Assembly (NCBI GenBank): GCA_965213925.1
Contig: OZ243927.1
Coordinates: forward strand, 4,000,001-4,064,000
Direction of reading: 5' to 3'
DNA length: 64,000 bases
Origin: Trueperaceae bacterium
Lineage (GTDB): Bacteria > Deinococcota > Deinococci > Deinococcales > Trueperaceae
Positions 1-10,298 of this stretch are shown piece by piece; position 1 is the first letter of the stretch; every line of letters begins with the position of its first letter. The notes under the pieces are model-generated. The model did not search any database. It was not told the DNA's origin and saw only the letters and a list, made by a program, of their open reading frames with translations. Position numbers and translations under genes: made by a program.

Positions 1-274
1 CAGCGGTCTGTTTGCTGAAGTCGTCTGGTGAATTATCGATGGGCGTGCGCGGCTCAAATAGGGCGATGTCTGGATTTCCGGTCCCATGCATGAGCAAGCC
101 CTTTTCATCGGCGAGCCAGTTTAGAAACACCCACTTAGGAACCGGAAGAGGTAGGTTCAGCCAATCGCCTTGTCCGTTCACAATGTGCTCAGCGTAGAGG
201 GTTTCTAGCTCGAGCCTATCCTCATCCGAAAGTTCAAATCTGGGACGCGGGAGCCAGTAGTCGGAAATCTTCAT
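1..274 (-). CDS. hypothetical protein, N-terminal part (runs off window)
   Basis: Hand translation from ATG 274: MKISDYWLPRPRFELS...KWVFLNWLADEKGLLMHGTGNPDIALFEPRTP..., open to position 1; follows the SDR gene by 9 nt. Confidence 0.65.
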   Translation of the reverse strand, partial: MKISDYWLPRPRFELSDEDRLELETLYAEHIVNGQGDWLNLPLPVPKWVFLNWLADEKGLLMHGTGNPDIALFEPRTPIDNSPDDFSKQTA

Positions 275-283
275 ACTTGCAGT

Positions 284-1066
284 TTAAGGGGAGGGCTCGA
301 GCGGGTTTCCATGCTGAAACTCGTAACCTAGACCTTTCAATTTTTCACTGCTGACCTCTTTGTAATCTACCTCGTGCGGCTCCACAAAGCGCGGCGGCTC
401 AAAGCCCAACCGCTCCGCCTGCGCGGTATAGACCTCTTTGCGAGACGGATGCGCGTCAGCGCAGACGTTGAACACGCCCCGAACGTTCTCCTCGATGACT
501 TTGACCAAGATCGAGACAACATCGTCACGGTGCACGAGATTGACACTTGCGTCTCCCCCGCTGACTTCTTTGCCCGCTAACCTCCGTCCAGGCTGCCGCC
601 CGTAACCGTAAAGCCCGGCCAGCCGCAAAATCGTTACGTTCGGATGTTCTTGTAAAACCTCTTCCGCCGCTAAGACTGCCCGCCCCGACCTCTTATCAGG
701 GTCTTTCGCGTCCTCTTCTGTCACGGCGCGGTTTACGTTCGGATAGACCGACGTCGAGCTTGTGAAGATGACGTGCTCAGCTTTAGCCGCGTCCAGAGCA
801 TGTCGAATCTGCGCAGGATAGTACGTTTCGATATCGTCGCGGCGTTCGGGGGGCAAGGTGAGGACGAGCACGTCCGCCTCGAGCCACGCCTTGTTGCCCA
901 CAAATTCCGGCTCCAACGTAGCAAGATGGGGCTCGATTCCAGCCTCTTTCAGAAGACCTAAGCGCTCAGGGGAGGTCTTAGAACCCCGCACCTCGTGACC
1001 TCTAAGCGCGAGCGCAGCCCCGAACGGCAAGCCCACCCAGCCACAGCCCAAAATCGAGACCTTCAA
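284..1066 (-). CDS. NAD(P)-dependent epimerase/atypical SDR (YeeZ-like)
   Basis: Rossmann motif ILGCGWVG, FTSSTSVY, LRLAGLYG, NLVHRDD. Real start is probably TTG 1066, overlapping the gldC stop by 4 nt. Confidence 0.85.
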   Translation of the reverse strand: MKVSILGCGWVGLPFGAALALRGHEVRGSKTSPERLGLLKEAGIEPHLATLEPEFVGNKAWLEADVLVLTLPPERRDDIETYYPAQIRHALDAAKAEHVIFTSSTSVYPNVNRAVTEEDAKDPDKRSGRAVLAAEEVLQEHPNVTILRLAGLYGYGRQPGRRLAGKEVSGGDASVNLVHRDDVVSILVKVIEENVRGVFNVCADAHPSRKEVYTAQAERLGFEPPRFVEPHEVDYKEVSSEKLKGLGYEFQHGNPLEPSP

Positions 1067-1425
1067 GCGCCTCGCTGCTCTTTCTGCGCCGCCTTCTCCG
1101 CAAACTCTCGCGCGAACGTTTTGATGTCCGCCATGATTTCCAAATTGTTCGTTGCGTTTTTGTAGGTATCCGCCATCGTCAGGAGCGTCTGGAAGAAGAA
1201 GTCGTTCATGTCCTCCACGGTCATCTGCTTTGTCCACAGGTCGATGCGGAGCGAGTTGCGCTCCTCCGGGTCCCAGAGCGCCAAAATCATCGCGTTCGCG
1301 CTCTGCTTGCCGTTTGTTGGCGCGTCGGTCGCTTGCCAGTCGATCGTCTCGATATTGTCCTCGTCGTCACGGCGCACGCGCAGGCGGATGTTGGCTTCTT
1401 TGCTGACTTTTTTAGTTTGGCTCAT
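1063..1425 (-). CDS. gldC: GldC-family protein (gliding motility-associated in Bacteroidota)
   Basis: Signature LWD..E..SLRIDLWTKQMTVEDMNDFFFQTLLTMADTY..AT matches GldC as I recall it. Confidence 0.8.
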   Translation of the reverse strand: MSQTKKVSKEANIRLRVRRDDEDNIETIDWQATDAPTNGKQSANAMILALWDPEERNSLRIDLWTKQMTVEDMNDFFFQTLLTMADTYKNATNNLEIMADIKTFAREFAEKAAQKEQRGA

Positions 1426-1533
1426 TGCCGCATCATACGTGTAAGCGGTTGGTGTGGCGGACGTGTAGCCTACTCACGAGGTTGTGAAACTTGCACGCGC
1501 AGGCGGGCGTCAAGAGGTTTAGCCTATTTGCAG

Positions 1534-1848
1534 ATGAGCAACACAACGACAAAACTCTCTCCGAGCTTGAAATGGCATCTGGGAATCTGTGGTTTCTATG
1601 CACTCGTAAGCATCTTTACAACATCACCGCACGGGCTTTTTGGCTCGCTGTTTGTAGCTCTATTCGGCGGGTCAATCGTGGCGACCAGTCTTATCTTGTT
1701 AGCGACCGCAGTCCTTCTGTCACATCTTTCGTCACGAAGGATAAACGTTGCAACCGTAGTTTTAGTACATGTCGCCAATCTCGTCTTAGGTGTTCTGCTC
1801 GGAGGTCACGTTTATCTCTATGAATTTCTAAGCGATATTTCGCCCTAG
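1534..1848 (+). CDS. hypothetical membrane protein
   Basis: 104 aa from ATG 1534, about three hydrophobic segments, lower GC. Confidence 0.5.
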   Translation: MSNTTTKLSPSLKWHLGICGFYALVSIFTTSPHGLFGSLFVALFGGSIVATSLILLATAVLLSHLSSRRINVATVVLVHVANLVLGVLLGGHVYLYEFLSDISP

Positions 1849-1895
1849 TGATACCGCGCCAGCGCGACTAAAAATACCGCTTGCTCATCTGCAAA

Positions 1896-3584
1896 TCACT
1901 CGAGTCTCAAACTCACCCTTACTACTCCCGCTCTCTCATGCCGCGCCGTCAACCTGACCTCTCCCCCATCCGGCGCGTGAACGACCCACTCGAGCTTCAC
2001 CCTCTCCTGCGTCTCATCCGCACTGAAAAAGGGATTAGGCGTGGAGGGTTTATAGGCGCGTCCTTCTAGCTGACCTCTTTCTTCTCTCTTTTTACCAGAG
2101 ATGAGGCTCGAGCCTTCCGGCAGCTCAATCTCCGCCACCACGCCGCGCACGACTCTGTTCTCGAGCGCCTTTTTCGTTACATACGTCGGTAGCCAACCTG
2201 TATTGTGAAGGACGAGTTTGATGCGGTAGTGGTCGTTGCCGAGAGGTTCGCTGCTTGCTTCGAATAGCTCCAACTTAGGTGAAATCAAGAGGTGCCAGAT
2301 AACCCAATTGGGGAAGCGCTCGAGTTCCCGTTCCAATAACTGCGGCGGCGGATTCCGAAATGCGTAGAGCATGTTCCACCCACCGAGTTCGACCTCGCCG
2401 AGTTGCGGATGCTCATATTTGTACCAGTCCACATATCCTTCACCGCCGAGAACGTCATCATTCCACTTTAAGAGTTTAAGGTCATCCTCCACCGGATGCT
2501 CGCGGTACCACTCGATAAACTTACGCCCTTTGATCCCCGCTTCCACCTGCGGGCTCCACATCTCTACCGTCCAGCCGAAGACGCCCAAGTGGTCGAACAT
2601 CCAGTCATCGAACGCGCCCGTCATGACCTCTTTAGGGTGATAGCGAAAGTCGTGGTAGACCGAGACGTTCGGGTAGCCGGTGAGTTCTGTACCCTTTTGC
2701 CCGATTTTCTTGAACGTCCAGAGGTCTTCGGCGGGCATCGCCTCGTCGGGCTGATGCGACGACGGACGCAACAAAACGCCGCCATGCGTATGAAAGCTGA
2801 TGCCGCCCGTGATGTTCGGGTGCTTTGCCACAAAATCCACCACGTTGCGCACCTCCGGTTCCGAGGTCGGGTAGAGACCTGCACCCTTCTGCTTCCCCTC
2901 TTGCCGCCACTCGGAGGGGAAGTTGCGGTTGAGGTCTAAGCCTTCTTTGATAGGTTTCATCTCGAGCGTCGTACCGTCGTAATTTTCCAGCGTCCCTTCG
3001 GGCAGCACGCGGTAGTACGTCCCGCCCGTTTCTGCTGGTTCACGTCGTACCAACAAGCGTGAGTCGTGCTCCGAAATCTTCCAGGGTCCGTTCTCATCTC
3101 TAAAACGCATCATCAACATTCGCCCGTCGCCGTCCACGTCCTCACGCACTAAACCGCTCAGTGCGTCCTCGTCGTAAGGATAAGGGCGGGTGGAGGAGCG
3201 GATGATTTTGGGCTGGTCGGCGAGCGCCCACTCCGCGCCGTCGGGGTTGACACGGGGGCAGAGGTAGAGGGTGCGGGTGTCGAGGCAGCGGGTGATGTCC
3301 TCATCAATGCCGTAGCCGTTCGTGAGCGTGTGCAAGAGGTAGAGGCACGCCATCGAGGGTGAGACTTCGGTGGCGTGGATGTTGCCGTCTACCCATAAGG
3401 CGGGTTTCTCTCGAGCTTCACCTGTTTCTATATTTGTGAGCGTGAGGAGCCACACGTCGCGCCCTTCGTAGCTCTTGCCGATGCTTTCTATCTGAACGAG
3501 GTTTGGGTATTCGTCGGCGTAGGCGTGGAGGAGGCTCGAGAGGTCGTCATAGCGGTAGTAGGTGTCGAAGTGGGGGGTGGGCAT
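1896..3584 (-). CDS. M14 family zinc carboxypeptidase
   Basis: GNIHATE, NPDG, DLNRNFP, SFHTHG and VEMW motifs. Confidence 0.92.
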   Translation of the reverse strand: MPTPHFDTYYRYDDLSSLLHAYADEYPNLVQIESIGKSYEGRDVWLLTLTNIETGEAREKPALWVDGNIHATEVSPSMACLYLLHTLTNGYGIDEDITRCLDTRTLYLCPRVNPDGAEWALADQPKIIRSSTRPYPYDEDALSGLVREDVDGDGRMLMMRFRDENGPWKISEHDSRLLVRREPAETGGTYYRVLPEGTLENYDGTTLEMKPIKEGLDLNRNFPSEWRQEGKQKGAGLYPTSEPEVRNVVDFVAKHPNITGGISFHTHGGVLLRPSSHQPDEAMPAEDLWTFKKIGQKGTELTGYPNVSVYHDFRYHPKEVMTGAFDDWMFDHLGVFGWTVEMWSPQVEAGIKGRKFIEWYREHPVEDDLKLLKWNDDVLGGEGYVDWYKYEHPQLGEVELGGWNMLYAFRNPPPQLLERELERFPNWVIWHLLISPKLELFEASSEPLGNDHYRIKLVLHNTGWLPTYVTKKALENRVVRGVVAEIELPEGSSLISGKKREERGQLEGRAYKPSTPNPFFSADETQERVKLEWVVHAPDGGEVRLTARHERAGVVRVSLRLE

Positions 3585-3634
3585 GGGGTCTATCCTAACA
3601 ACGTCCGGTGAGCTTACTGTCTTAGAATAAGTAC

Positions 3635-4648
3635 ATGAAATTCAGCTTTATCTACATCGACGATTACGGCAACACTGGAAACCGAATGGATGATCCTGAT
3701 CAGCCTATCTTTATGCTTACTGGTCTTGTCGTTCCATCTGACAACTTGAACCGGCTCGAGTATGAGGTTATGAAAGCAACTCTTGAGCTAAGAGATTTAG
3801 CAGATAAACCAGCAGAAAAGATGTTTGAATACCCTGATTTTGAACTGCATGGACAAGACCTTTTTTCGAGAAGAAATAAAGCCTTATCTGGCGTGCCCAT
3901 AGAAGCGCGTACAGAAATGGTTCTGCGCTTAGCTAAAGTAACAGTACGTTTAGGAGGAAAGATAGTTTCAACTTTTGTAGATAAAGCGAAACTCCTTCAG
4001 GCAAGAGAAGATTTAGTAGATAGTCATGTTTCTGAAGATATTGAGAATGCGAAATCCGAATTAAAAGAGAGGGGGATTCCCTACGACGATGACAAGCTCG
4101 CTAAAGTTTATCAGGAAACGCACCGACAAACATATACGCCCTATGTGGTTGGTTACTCCACTTTGCTAGTTCCCTTAAACGATCTTCTTCAAAAGCAGAA
4201 CCGATTTGGCGTTCTCATCGTAGATCAACAAAACCAGTTTAAGAGTGTCCATTACTTGAACTCTACAAGGGCGTTGAGACTCAGTGCTCAGAAAGATAAA
4301 ACCTTAACTTTTGCAAGAATTATTGAACAGCCTTTACAGGGCGATGGTAAATCTAATCCCTTACTTCAATTGGCTGATGTTTTCGGCTATATTGTTGGAC
4401 GGCAAATTAAAGCAGAAATGCAAGGCAGGTCTGCACACGATATGTATCAGCCAGTTCTTGATATATTGGACCGCGTAAGTAGTATTAAGAATGCGGAAGG
4501 CTACTGGCAGGATAAGAGGGTTCATGCAGTTTCTGAAGACCTCGCCCAACATATTCTCAAACACAAAATGCCAGCAATTATATCAATAGGTATGACAAAA
4601 GAAATCGTTGAGGGTCTGGACTTTCAAAGAAAAGGCGAGGAGCACTAG
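3635..4648 (+). CDS. DUF3800 domain protein
   Basis: N-terminal YIDDYGNTG and C-terminal LLQLADVFGY typical of DUF3800; lower GC. Confidence 0.75.
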   Translation: MKFSFIYIDDYGNTGNRMDDPDQPIFMLTGLVVPSDNLNRLEYEVMKATLELRDLADKPAEKMFEYPDFELHGQDLFSRRNKALSGVPIEARTEMVLRLAKVTVRLGGKIVSTFVDKAKLLQAREDLVDSHVSEDIENAKSELKERGIPYDDDKLAKVYQETHRQTYTPYVVGYSTLLVPLNDLLQKQNRFGVLIVDQQNQFKSVHYLNSTRALRLSAQKDKTLTFARIIEQPLQGDGKSNPLLQLADVFGYIVGRQIKAEMQGRSAHDMYQPVLDILDRVSSIKNAEGYWQDKRVHAVSEDLAQHILKHKMPAIISIGMTKEIVEGLDFQRKGEEH

Positions 4649-4836
4649 TGACTAGTTGGAGCTGCTAAGGGCAACTCTCTGCTCCACGCTACTTCATAAG
4701 TTTAGCAAATTACCGTGTCCGCTAGAGAGCTTTCGCTACATTAAATAATTCACGGTAAGTGTGCTTACCTGTTGGGGCTTTTTGCTACGGGCAAGGGTGG
4801 CTCGAGCGATTACACTACAGTAACAAGGAGAACCCT

Positions 4837-6174
4837 GTGACTCCCTCTCACGCTGGACCCAAAACCTACCCCCTAGTCGGCAGCGTCCCCGAACTGCTCA
4901 AAGACCCCTTCGCCTATTTCTTCGGCGCACAGCGCGAATTCGGTGACGTTTTTCCCTACCGCATCGGACCGCGCCGACTCTACTTCGTCGCGCATCCGCT
5001 CGACATCAAACACGTCCTGTTGGACAACTATAAAAACTACCGCAAGCACAGCGCCTACGACAAGATCAAACCGCTCGTCGGTGAGGGTCTCCTGACGAGT
5101 GAAGGTGAGACGTGGCTCGCGAACCGCCGCTTGGCTCAAAGCGTCTTTCACCGGCAGCGTATCGCGGGCTTCGGGCAGCTTATGACGGACGAGACCGAAG
5201 CGATGTTAACCCGCTGGGAGCACTCCCAAGCTGACGCCTTCGACGTCGCCGCTGAGATGATGCGCTTGACTCTCACCGTGGTCGGCAAAGCGCTCTTTAG
5301 CACCGATTTGAGCCTCGAGGCGCAAGAGATAGGCGAAGCGCTGAATTTCGCTTTAGAGGAGACCAACCGCCGCAACCTCGCCCCGTTTAGCTTGCCGCCG
5401 AGCTTACCGACGCCGAACAACCTGCGCTATCAGAAAGCAATTGGGGTGTTAGACGACGTGGTCTATGGACTCATCGAGGAGCGCCGCCGTTCGGATAAAG
5501 ATGAGGGGGACCTCCTCTCGATGCTCCTAGACGCGCAAGACGCCGACACGGGCGAGCGTATGAGCGACAAACAACTGCGCGACGAGGCGATGACCCTTTT
5601 TTTAGCGGGACACGAGACCTCAGCCACCGCGCTCAGTTGGACGTTTTACTTGCTGTCTAAGCATCCAGCGGTTAGACGTGAACTGCTGAGAGAGTTTGAC
5701 CAGACCTTAGAGGGGCGCGTCGCTACCGTAGCTGACGTGCCTAAGCTGCGCTACACGCGCCAAGTCGTCGATGAAGCCTTGCGGCTCTATCCACCCGCCT
5801 GGATTATCGGACGGCACACTTTAGCAACAGACCGCTTGCCGAGCGGCGCAACTTTAGACGCAGACACGGACGTCTCGATCAGCCCCTATGTGACCCACCG
5901 CCACCCGGATTTTTGGACGAATCCCGAAGGTTTTGACCCTGAGCGCTTTGCGCCGGAGCGCCCAGAGCAGCACCGCTTCGCCTATTTTCCTTTTGGAGCC
6001 GGACCGCGCATCTGTATCGGCAACAACTTCGCTCTTTTAGAGATGGTATTGACATTGGCAACAGTGTCGCAGCGTTGCACTTTAGAGCTTGTTGAGGGTG
6101 AGCAGGGCAAGATGCAACCCAAGATTACGCTGCGTCCGAAAGAGGGAATCAGGGTTAGGTTGAGGGCAAGGTAA
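4837..6174 (+). CDS. cytochrome P450
   Basis: AGHETS, EALR, PERF and heme motif FGAGPRICIG; GTG 4837 preceded by AAGGAG. Confidence 0.95.
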   Translation: MTPSHAGPKTYPLVGSVPELLKDPFAYFFGAQREFGDVFPYRIGPRRLYFVAHPLDIKHVLLDNYKNYRKHSAYDKIKPLVGEGLLTSEGETWLANRRLAQSVFHRQRIAGFGQLMTDETEAMLTRWEHSQADAFDVAAEMMRLTLTVVGKALFSTDLSLEAQEIGEALNFALEETNRRNLAPFSLPPSLPTPNNLRYQKAIGVLDDVVYGLIEERRRSDKDEGDLLSMLLDAQDADTGERMSDKQLRDEAMTLFLAGHETSATALSWTFYLLSKHPAVRRELLREFDQTLEGRVATVADVPKLRYTRQVVDEALRLYPPAWIIGRHTLATDRLPSGATLDADTDVSISPYVTHRHPDFWTNPEGFDPERFAPERPEQHRFAYFPFGAGPRICIGNNFALLEMVLTLATVSQRCTLELVEGEQGKMQPKITLRPKEGIRVRLRAR

Positions 6175-6200
6175 GCGCGGCGTAGACCGCTAAGGACAGC

Positions 6201-6713
6201 TCAGCACGTCCATCTGTACAAATAGCTAAGCCCGTACTGGTCCCTAACCTCACCATAGCGCTCTAACCCCAACCGCTCGAGCACCCGAATCGAAGGCACA
6301 TTATCCGGTCTCACCGACGCGACGATCTTGTCGTAATCCAAGAGGGTGCAGCCAGTTTTGAGTGCTACTTTTCCCAGCTCTGTCGCGTAACCTTGACCCT
6401 ACGCCGCTGGGCTAAACCTGAAGTAGAGGTTAGGCAACATCTCACCGTCAACCTCTTTAGGCGAAAGTCCGCCGAAGCCTAGAATTTCAGATGAATCTTT
6501 TTTAAGGACGGTCCAGTAGCCGAAGCCGTACGCATCCCATAGGTCGAGCCAGTGCTCCAACATGGCTCGGCTTTGGTCAAGAGAGGTGTGCGCACCCGTA
6601 GGGTTAAAAGCGTTGGTTTTAGGATCGCTGTGAATAGCGAAGAGGACGTTTAAGTCTTCGTAGATTGGTTTGCGGAGGAGTAGACACTCAGTCGGAACAT
6701 AGCGGTAATTCAT
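6201..6713 (-). pseudogene. RimJ/RimL-type GNAT acetyltransferase with internal amber stop
   Basis: Frame reads ...FRFSPAA*GQGYATELG...NVPSIRVLERLG...; TAG at 6399-6401 sits where Trp of the WGxGYATE motif is expected. Confidence 0.85.
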
Positions 6714-6751
6714 TGTGATCTTTGCTCCAACCTGCCATCACCGAATCAACG

Positions 6752-7057
6752 CTATTGCGTGTGATACCACTTTACAACACTACCATCTGCTTTTGAGATG
6801 ACAACATGGGGTCCTCCGCCAGGACGAGGTGGTACGTAAGAGCGGTAGAAACCAACGTCCCAAGTATCTTTACCATTACGAACAGACGCGGTAAGGTTAT
6901 CCCAATCGTAATTGGGGAATTTATCAGTCCAAAAAGCCTTCGCTCTCACGACAGCCATATTCCGAGTTATAGTCTGCGGCGCTTGTTCGGTAGGCTTGTT
7001 CGGCGAGGCGCACCCACTGATAAAGCAGGTAAGAAAAAGGATAACCATTAATCTCAT
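6752..7057 (-). CDS. hypothetical lipoprotein
   Basis: MRLMVILFLTCFISGC lipobox; TATACT 6 nt before ATG. Confidence 0.65.
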   Translation of the reverse strand: MRLMVILFLTCFISGCASPNKPTEQAPQTITRNMAVVRAKAFWTDKFPNYDWDNLTASVRNGKDTWDVGFYRSYVPPRPGGGPHVVISKADGSVVKWYHTQ

Positions 7058-7101
7058 GTGGATAGTATAAAAGAGCGGCGTCTCTCCTCGAGGCTCAACA
7101 C

Positions 7102-7491
7102 TCACTCCGCCGTCTGCACCAACTCCTCTTTCGTGAACCACATCGCCTCGGGCTCCACCTCTTCAGAAAGTTCCGGCCCAGTATCTTTCCACTCCTGATT
7201 CTCCAAGGTCATGATGGGCTCAACTACCATGTCCTGCGAGCATTTGATTTGGCACGACAAGCGGTAGGTCGGCGCACCCACTTGACCTCGAGTTCCGTAG
7301 CCGAGCTTTAAGAACTCCGCGCGGGTCATCTCAAGAGGTTCACCCGAGACGAACTCGACGCGGCAGGTCGTACACCTCGCTTGACCGCCGCAGCGGTGTC
7401 CGATGTTAACGCCTAAGTCTTTGATAGCTAAGACGAGGCGTTTGTCTTCGCTGAATTCTGCGCTTTGTCCGTTGACGGTGATGGTGGGCAT
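7102..7491 (-). CDS. 2Fe-2S ferredoxin
   Basis: CGGQARCTTC...RLSCQ. Confidence 0.9.
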   Translation of the reverse strand: MPTITVNGQSAEFSEDKRLVLAIKDLGVNIGHRCGGQARCTTCRVEFVSGEPLEMTRAEFLKLGYGTRGQVGAPTYRLSCQIKCSQDMVVEPIMTLENQEWKDTGPELSEEVEPEAMWFTKEELVQTAE

Positions 7492-7542
7492 AATATCTCC
7501 TAAGTTGTAGCTGAGTTTTCTGATGGCTATGTATGTGGGTAC

Positions 7543-7625
7543 AAGTAGACAGTAGTCAGAATTCAGTAGTCAGCCAATGCACTAGGATTCACTACTGAAT
7601 TCTGACACCTGACTACCGTCTACTT
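7543..7625. repeat. long imperfect palindrome built of heptamer units
   Basis: AAGTAGACAGTAGTCAGAATTCAGTAGT ... ACTACTGAATTCTGAC..GACTACCGTCTACTT. Confidence 0.7.
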
Positions 7626-7633
7626 CTTTCACG

Positions 7634-8389
7634 TTACTTCTGCTCTCTCGCAGCCACGATTGCAGCCCCCACAATCCCCGCCTCGTTGCGCAACTCCGCC
7701 GCGACAAAGGGCGTCTCTAGCTCTAAAACCTCGAAGAACTTCTCGCTCTTTTTACTGACGCCGCCGCCGATGATAAAGAGGTCGGGGGAAAAGAGGAACT
7801 CGAGCTTCCCCAGATACACGTTTACCCGCTTGCCCCACTTTTTCCAACTTAAATCTTCCGCTTTACGCACGCTGCTCGCCGCCCACTTCTCGGCGTCTTC
7901 GTGCTCTTTAAGCGCCATGTGCCCCAGTTCGGTATTGGGAATGAGTTTGCCGTCAATAAACATCCCGCTACCGATGCCCGTGCCGAAGGTCAGGGTGAAG
8001 ACGACGCCTTTTTTGCCCTTGCCCGCACCGAAGGTCATTTCCGCCACACCCGCGGCGTCCGCGTCGTTGAGAAGGCTCACAGGGCAGCCCGTCGCTTCGC
8101 TAAAAAGCGCGGCGGCGTCCGTGCCGATCCAGTCGTCGTCCACGTTCGCCGCCGACAGGGCGACGCCATTTTTAACAACCGCGGGAAAGGTGCAGCCGAT
8201 AGGACCCTTCCACTCGAAGTGCTTGACGATGTCCACGACCACCTCAGCCACTGCCTCCGGTTTGGAGGGCTGCGGCGTCTCGATGCGGTAGCGCTCACGG
8301 GTGAGTTCGCCTGTCTCCAAGTTCACCGTCGCACCCTTGATGCCCGAGCCGCCGATGTCGATCCCTAAAATGTCGCTTTTATTTGCCAT
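7634..8389 (-). CDS. ppgK: polyphosphate glucokinase (ROK family)
   Basis: GIDIGGSGIKGA, NDADAAG, GTGIGS, PNTELGH, LRNEAGIVGAA. Confidence 0.9.
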   Translation of the reverse strand: MANKSDILGIDIGGSGIKGATVNLETGELTRERYRIETPQPSKPEAVAEVVVDIVKHFEWKGPIGCTFPAVVKNGVALSAANVDDDWIGTDAAALFSEATGCPVSLLNDADAAGVAEMTFGAGKGKKGVVFTLTFGTGIGSGMFIDGKLIPNTELGHMALKEHEDAEKWAASSVRKAEDLSWKKWGKRVNVYLGKLEFLFSPDLFIIGGGVSKKSEKFFEVLELETPFVAAELRNEAGIVGAAIVAAREQK

Positions 8390-8490
8390 GAGGGGATTAT
8401 GACCTATTTTGACTTCTTAGGGCTAGGAAAGTGCGTTTCAGCTTTCTTTCAACCTCTCTAGGAGCGTTTAGGTTGAGACAAGGAGGCAAG

Positions 8491-9306
8491 ATGATTGTAG
8501 AAACGATTCAAGGACAAGAGGTCCCCGCGCTCGGCTTCGGCACCTGGGACTTAAACGGTGAGGATTGCGTTAAAGGCGTCGAGCACGCGCTTTCGCTCGG
8601 CTATAGGCATATCGACACCGCACAAGGCTACGACAACGAAGCGGAGGTCGGGCGCGGGCTCAAGAACTCGAGCGTGAGCCGCGAGGACATCTTTCTTGTC
8701 ACGAAGCTGAAACCGAGCAACTTCGCAGAGGATAAAGCGCTCAGGACGACGCGGGAGAGCTTGGAGAAGTTGGACGCGGGCTACGTCGACCTCTTGCTGC
8801 TGCACTGGCCTAACCCAGACGTACCCGTAGGCGAAACGCTCGGCACACTACGTCAGTTCGTCGAAGAGGGCAGCGTGCGGCGCGTGGGCGTCAGCAACTT
8901 TACGCCGTCACTGGTAGAGGAGGCAAAGCAGCACGCGGAAATTTTTGCGAATCAGGTGGAGTATCATCCATATCTGTCGCAGGACAAGCTCGTCGATCAA
9001 GCGAAAAGTCTAGGCTACCTCTTGACCGCATATAGCCCCATCGCCAAAGGAAAAGTCATGGACGACGAGACCTTGCGAGACATCGGTGAGGCGCACGGTA
9101 AGTCGCCCGTGCAGGTCTGCTTGCGCTGGCTCGTGCAGCAAGAGCACGTCGCGGCGATCCCGAAAGCGAGCAGCGCGGCGCACAGGGAGAGCAACTTCGA
9201 CATCTTCGACTTTGAGCTATCCGACGAGGAGATGCGGAAAATCTACGACTTGCGCCGCGAAGAGCGCATCGTTGACCCGGCGGGCGGTCCGGACTGGGAG
9301 CGGTAG
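8491..9306 (+). CDS. aldo/keto reductase
   Basis: LGFGTW, IDTAQGY, LLHWP, GVSNF, AIPK; AGGAGG before ATG 8491. Confidence 0.93.
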   Translation: MIVETIQGQEVPALGFGTWDLNGEDCVKGVEHALSLGYRHIDTAQGYDNEAEVGRGLKNSSVSREDIFLVTKLKPSNFAEDKALRTTRESLEKLDAGYVDLLLLHWPNPDVPVGETLGTLRQFVEEGSVRRVGVSNFTPSLVEEAKQHAEIFANQVEYHPYLSQDKLVDQAKSLGYLLTAYSPIAKGKVMDDETLRDIGEAHGKSPVQVCLRWLVQQEHVAAIPKASSAAHRESNFDIFDFELSDEEMRKIYDLRREERIVDPAGGPDWER

Positions 9307-9423
9307 AGGCGAGTTTGAAGCTTGTCTTAGAGTTGCCTGCACTTACTCTCGAGCACGGCCCAGCAACCACTTCAGTCTTCGAATGCTAGAGTGACCTCTT
9401 ATGAGAGGTAACATCTTAGCATT

Positions 9424-10287
9424 ATGAGAGGTATCATCTTAGCAGGCGGCTCCGGCACGCGCCTCTATCCGGCGACTCGTGCGCTCAGCAAACAGCTCGT
9501 CCCCGTGTACGACAAGCCGATGATCTACTATCCCTTGTCCGTCCTGATGCTCGCGGATATCCGCGAGGTGCTTGTCATCACCACGCCGCATGACCGGGAG
9601 AGCTTCGAGCGGCTTTTAGGCGACGGCTCGCAGTGGGGCGTGACGCTCCGCTACGCCGAGCAGCCTGAGCCCGAGGGCTTGGCGCAAGCCTTTATCATCG
9701 GGCGCGAGTTCGTCGGTGACAGTTCCGTCTGCCTTATTTTAGGCGATAACATCTTTTTCGGACAGAGCTTCGGTCAGCAGCTCCGGCGGGCGACCTCTTT
9801 GGAAAAAGGTGCCACTGTTTTCGGCTACTACGTGCGCGACCCCGAGCGCTACGGCGTGGTGGAGTTCGGCGAGGACGGCAAAGCGGTAAGTTTGGAGGAG
9901 AAACCCGCGCAGCCTAAATCGAACTACGCCGTGACCGGGCTCTACTTCTACGACAACCAGGTTTTAGACATCGCCAAAAACCTCGAACCTTCGCCCAGGG
10001 GCGAGCTGGAAATCACCGACGTGAACAAGGCATATTTGCAACAGGATCAACTCCACGTCGAACTGATGGGGCGCGGCATGGCGTGGCTCGATACGGGCAC
10101 ACACGAATCACTCCTGCAAGCCTCGAACTTCGTCGAGACCATCGAGCAGCGCCAAGGGCTCAAAATCGCCTGTTTGGAAGAGGTCGCCTACCGCAAAGGT
10201 TGGATAAACGCCGAGACCCTAGCCGAACTCGCGGAGCCGATGAAGAAAAATGAGTACGGTCAGTATTTACTCAACCTCTTGAAATAA
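9424..10287 (+). CDS. rfbA: glucose-1-phosphate thymidylyltransferase
   Basis: [45 protein letters not shown]. Confidence 0.97.
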   Translation: MRGIILAGGSGTRLYPATRALSKQLVPVYDKPMIYYPLSVLMLADIREVLVITTPHDRESFERLLGDGSQWGVTLRYAEQPEPEGLAQAFIIGREFVGDSSVCLILGDNIFFGQSFGQQLRRATSLEKGATVFGYYVRDPERYGVVEFGEDGKAVSLEEKPAQPKSNYAVTGLYFYDNQVLDIAKNLEPSPRGELEITDVNKAYLQQDQLHVELMGRGMAWLDTGTHESLLQASNFVETIEQRQGLKIACLEEVAYRKGWINAETLAELAEPMKKNEYGQYLLNLLK

Positions 10288-10298
10288 AGGAGTTGCGG

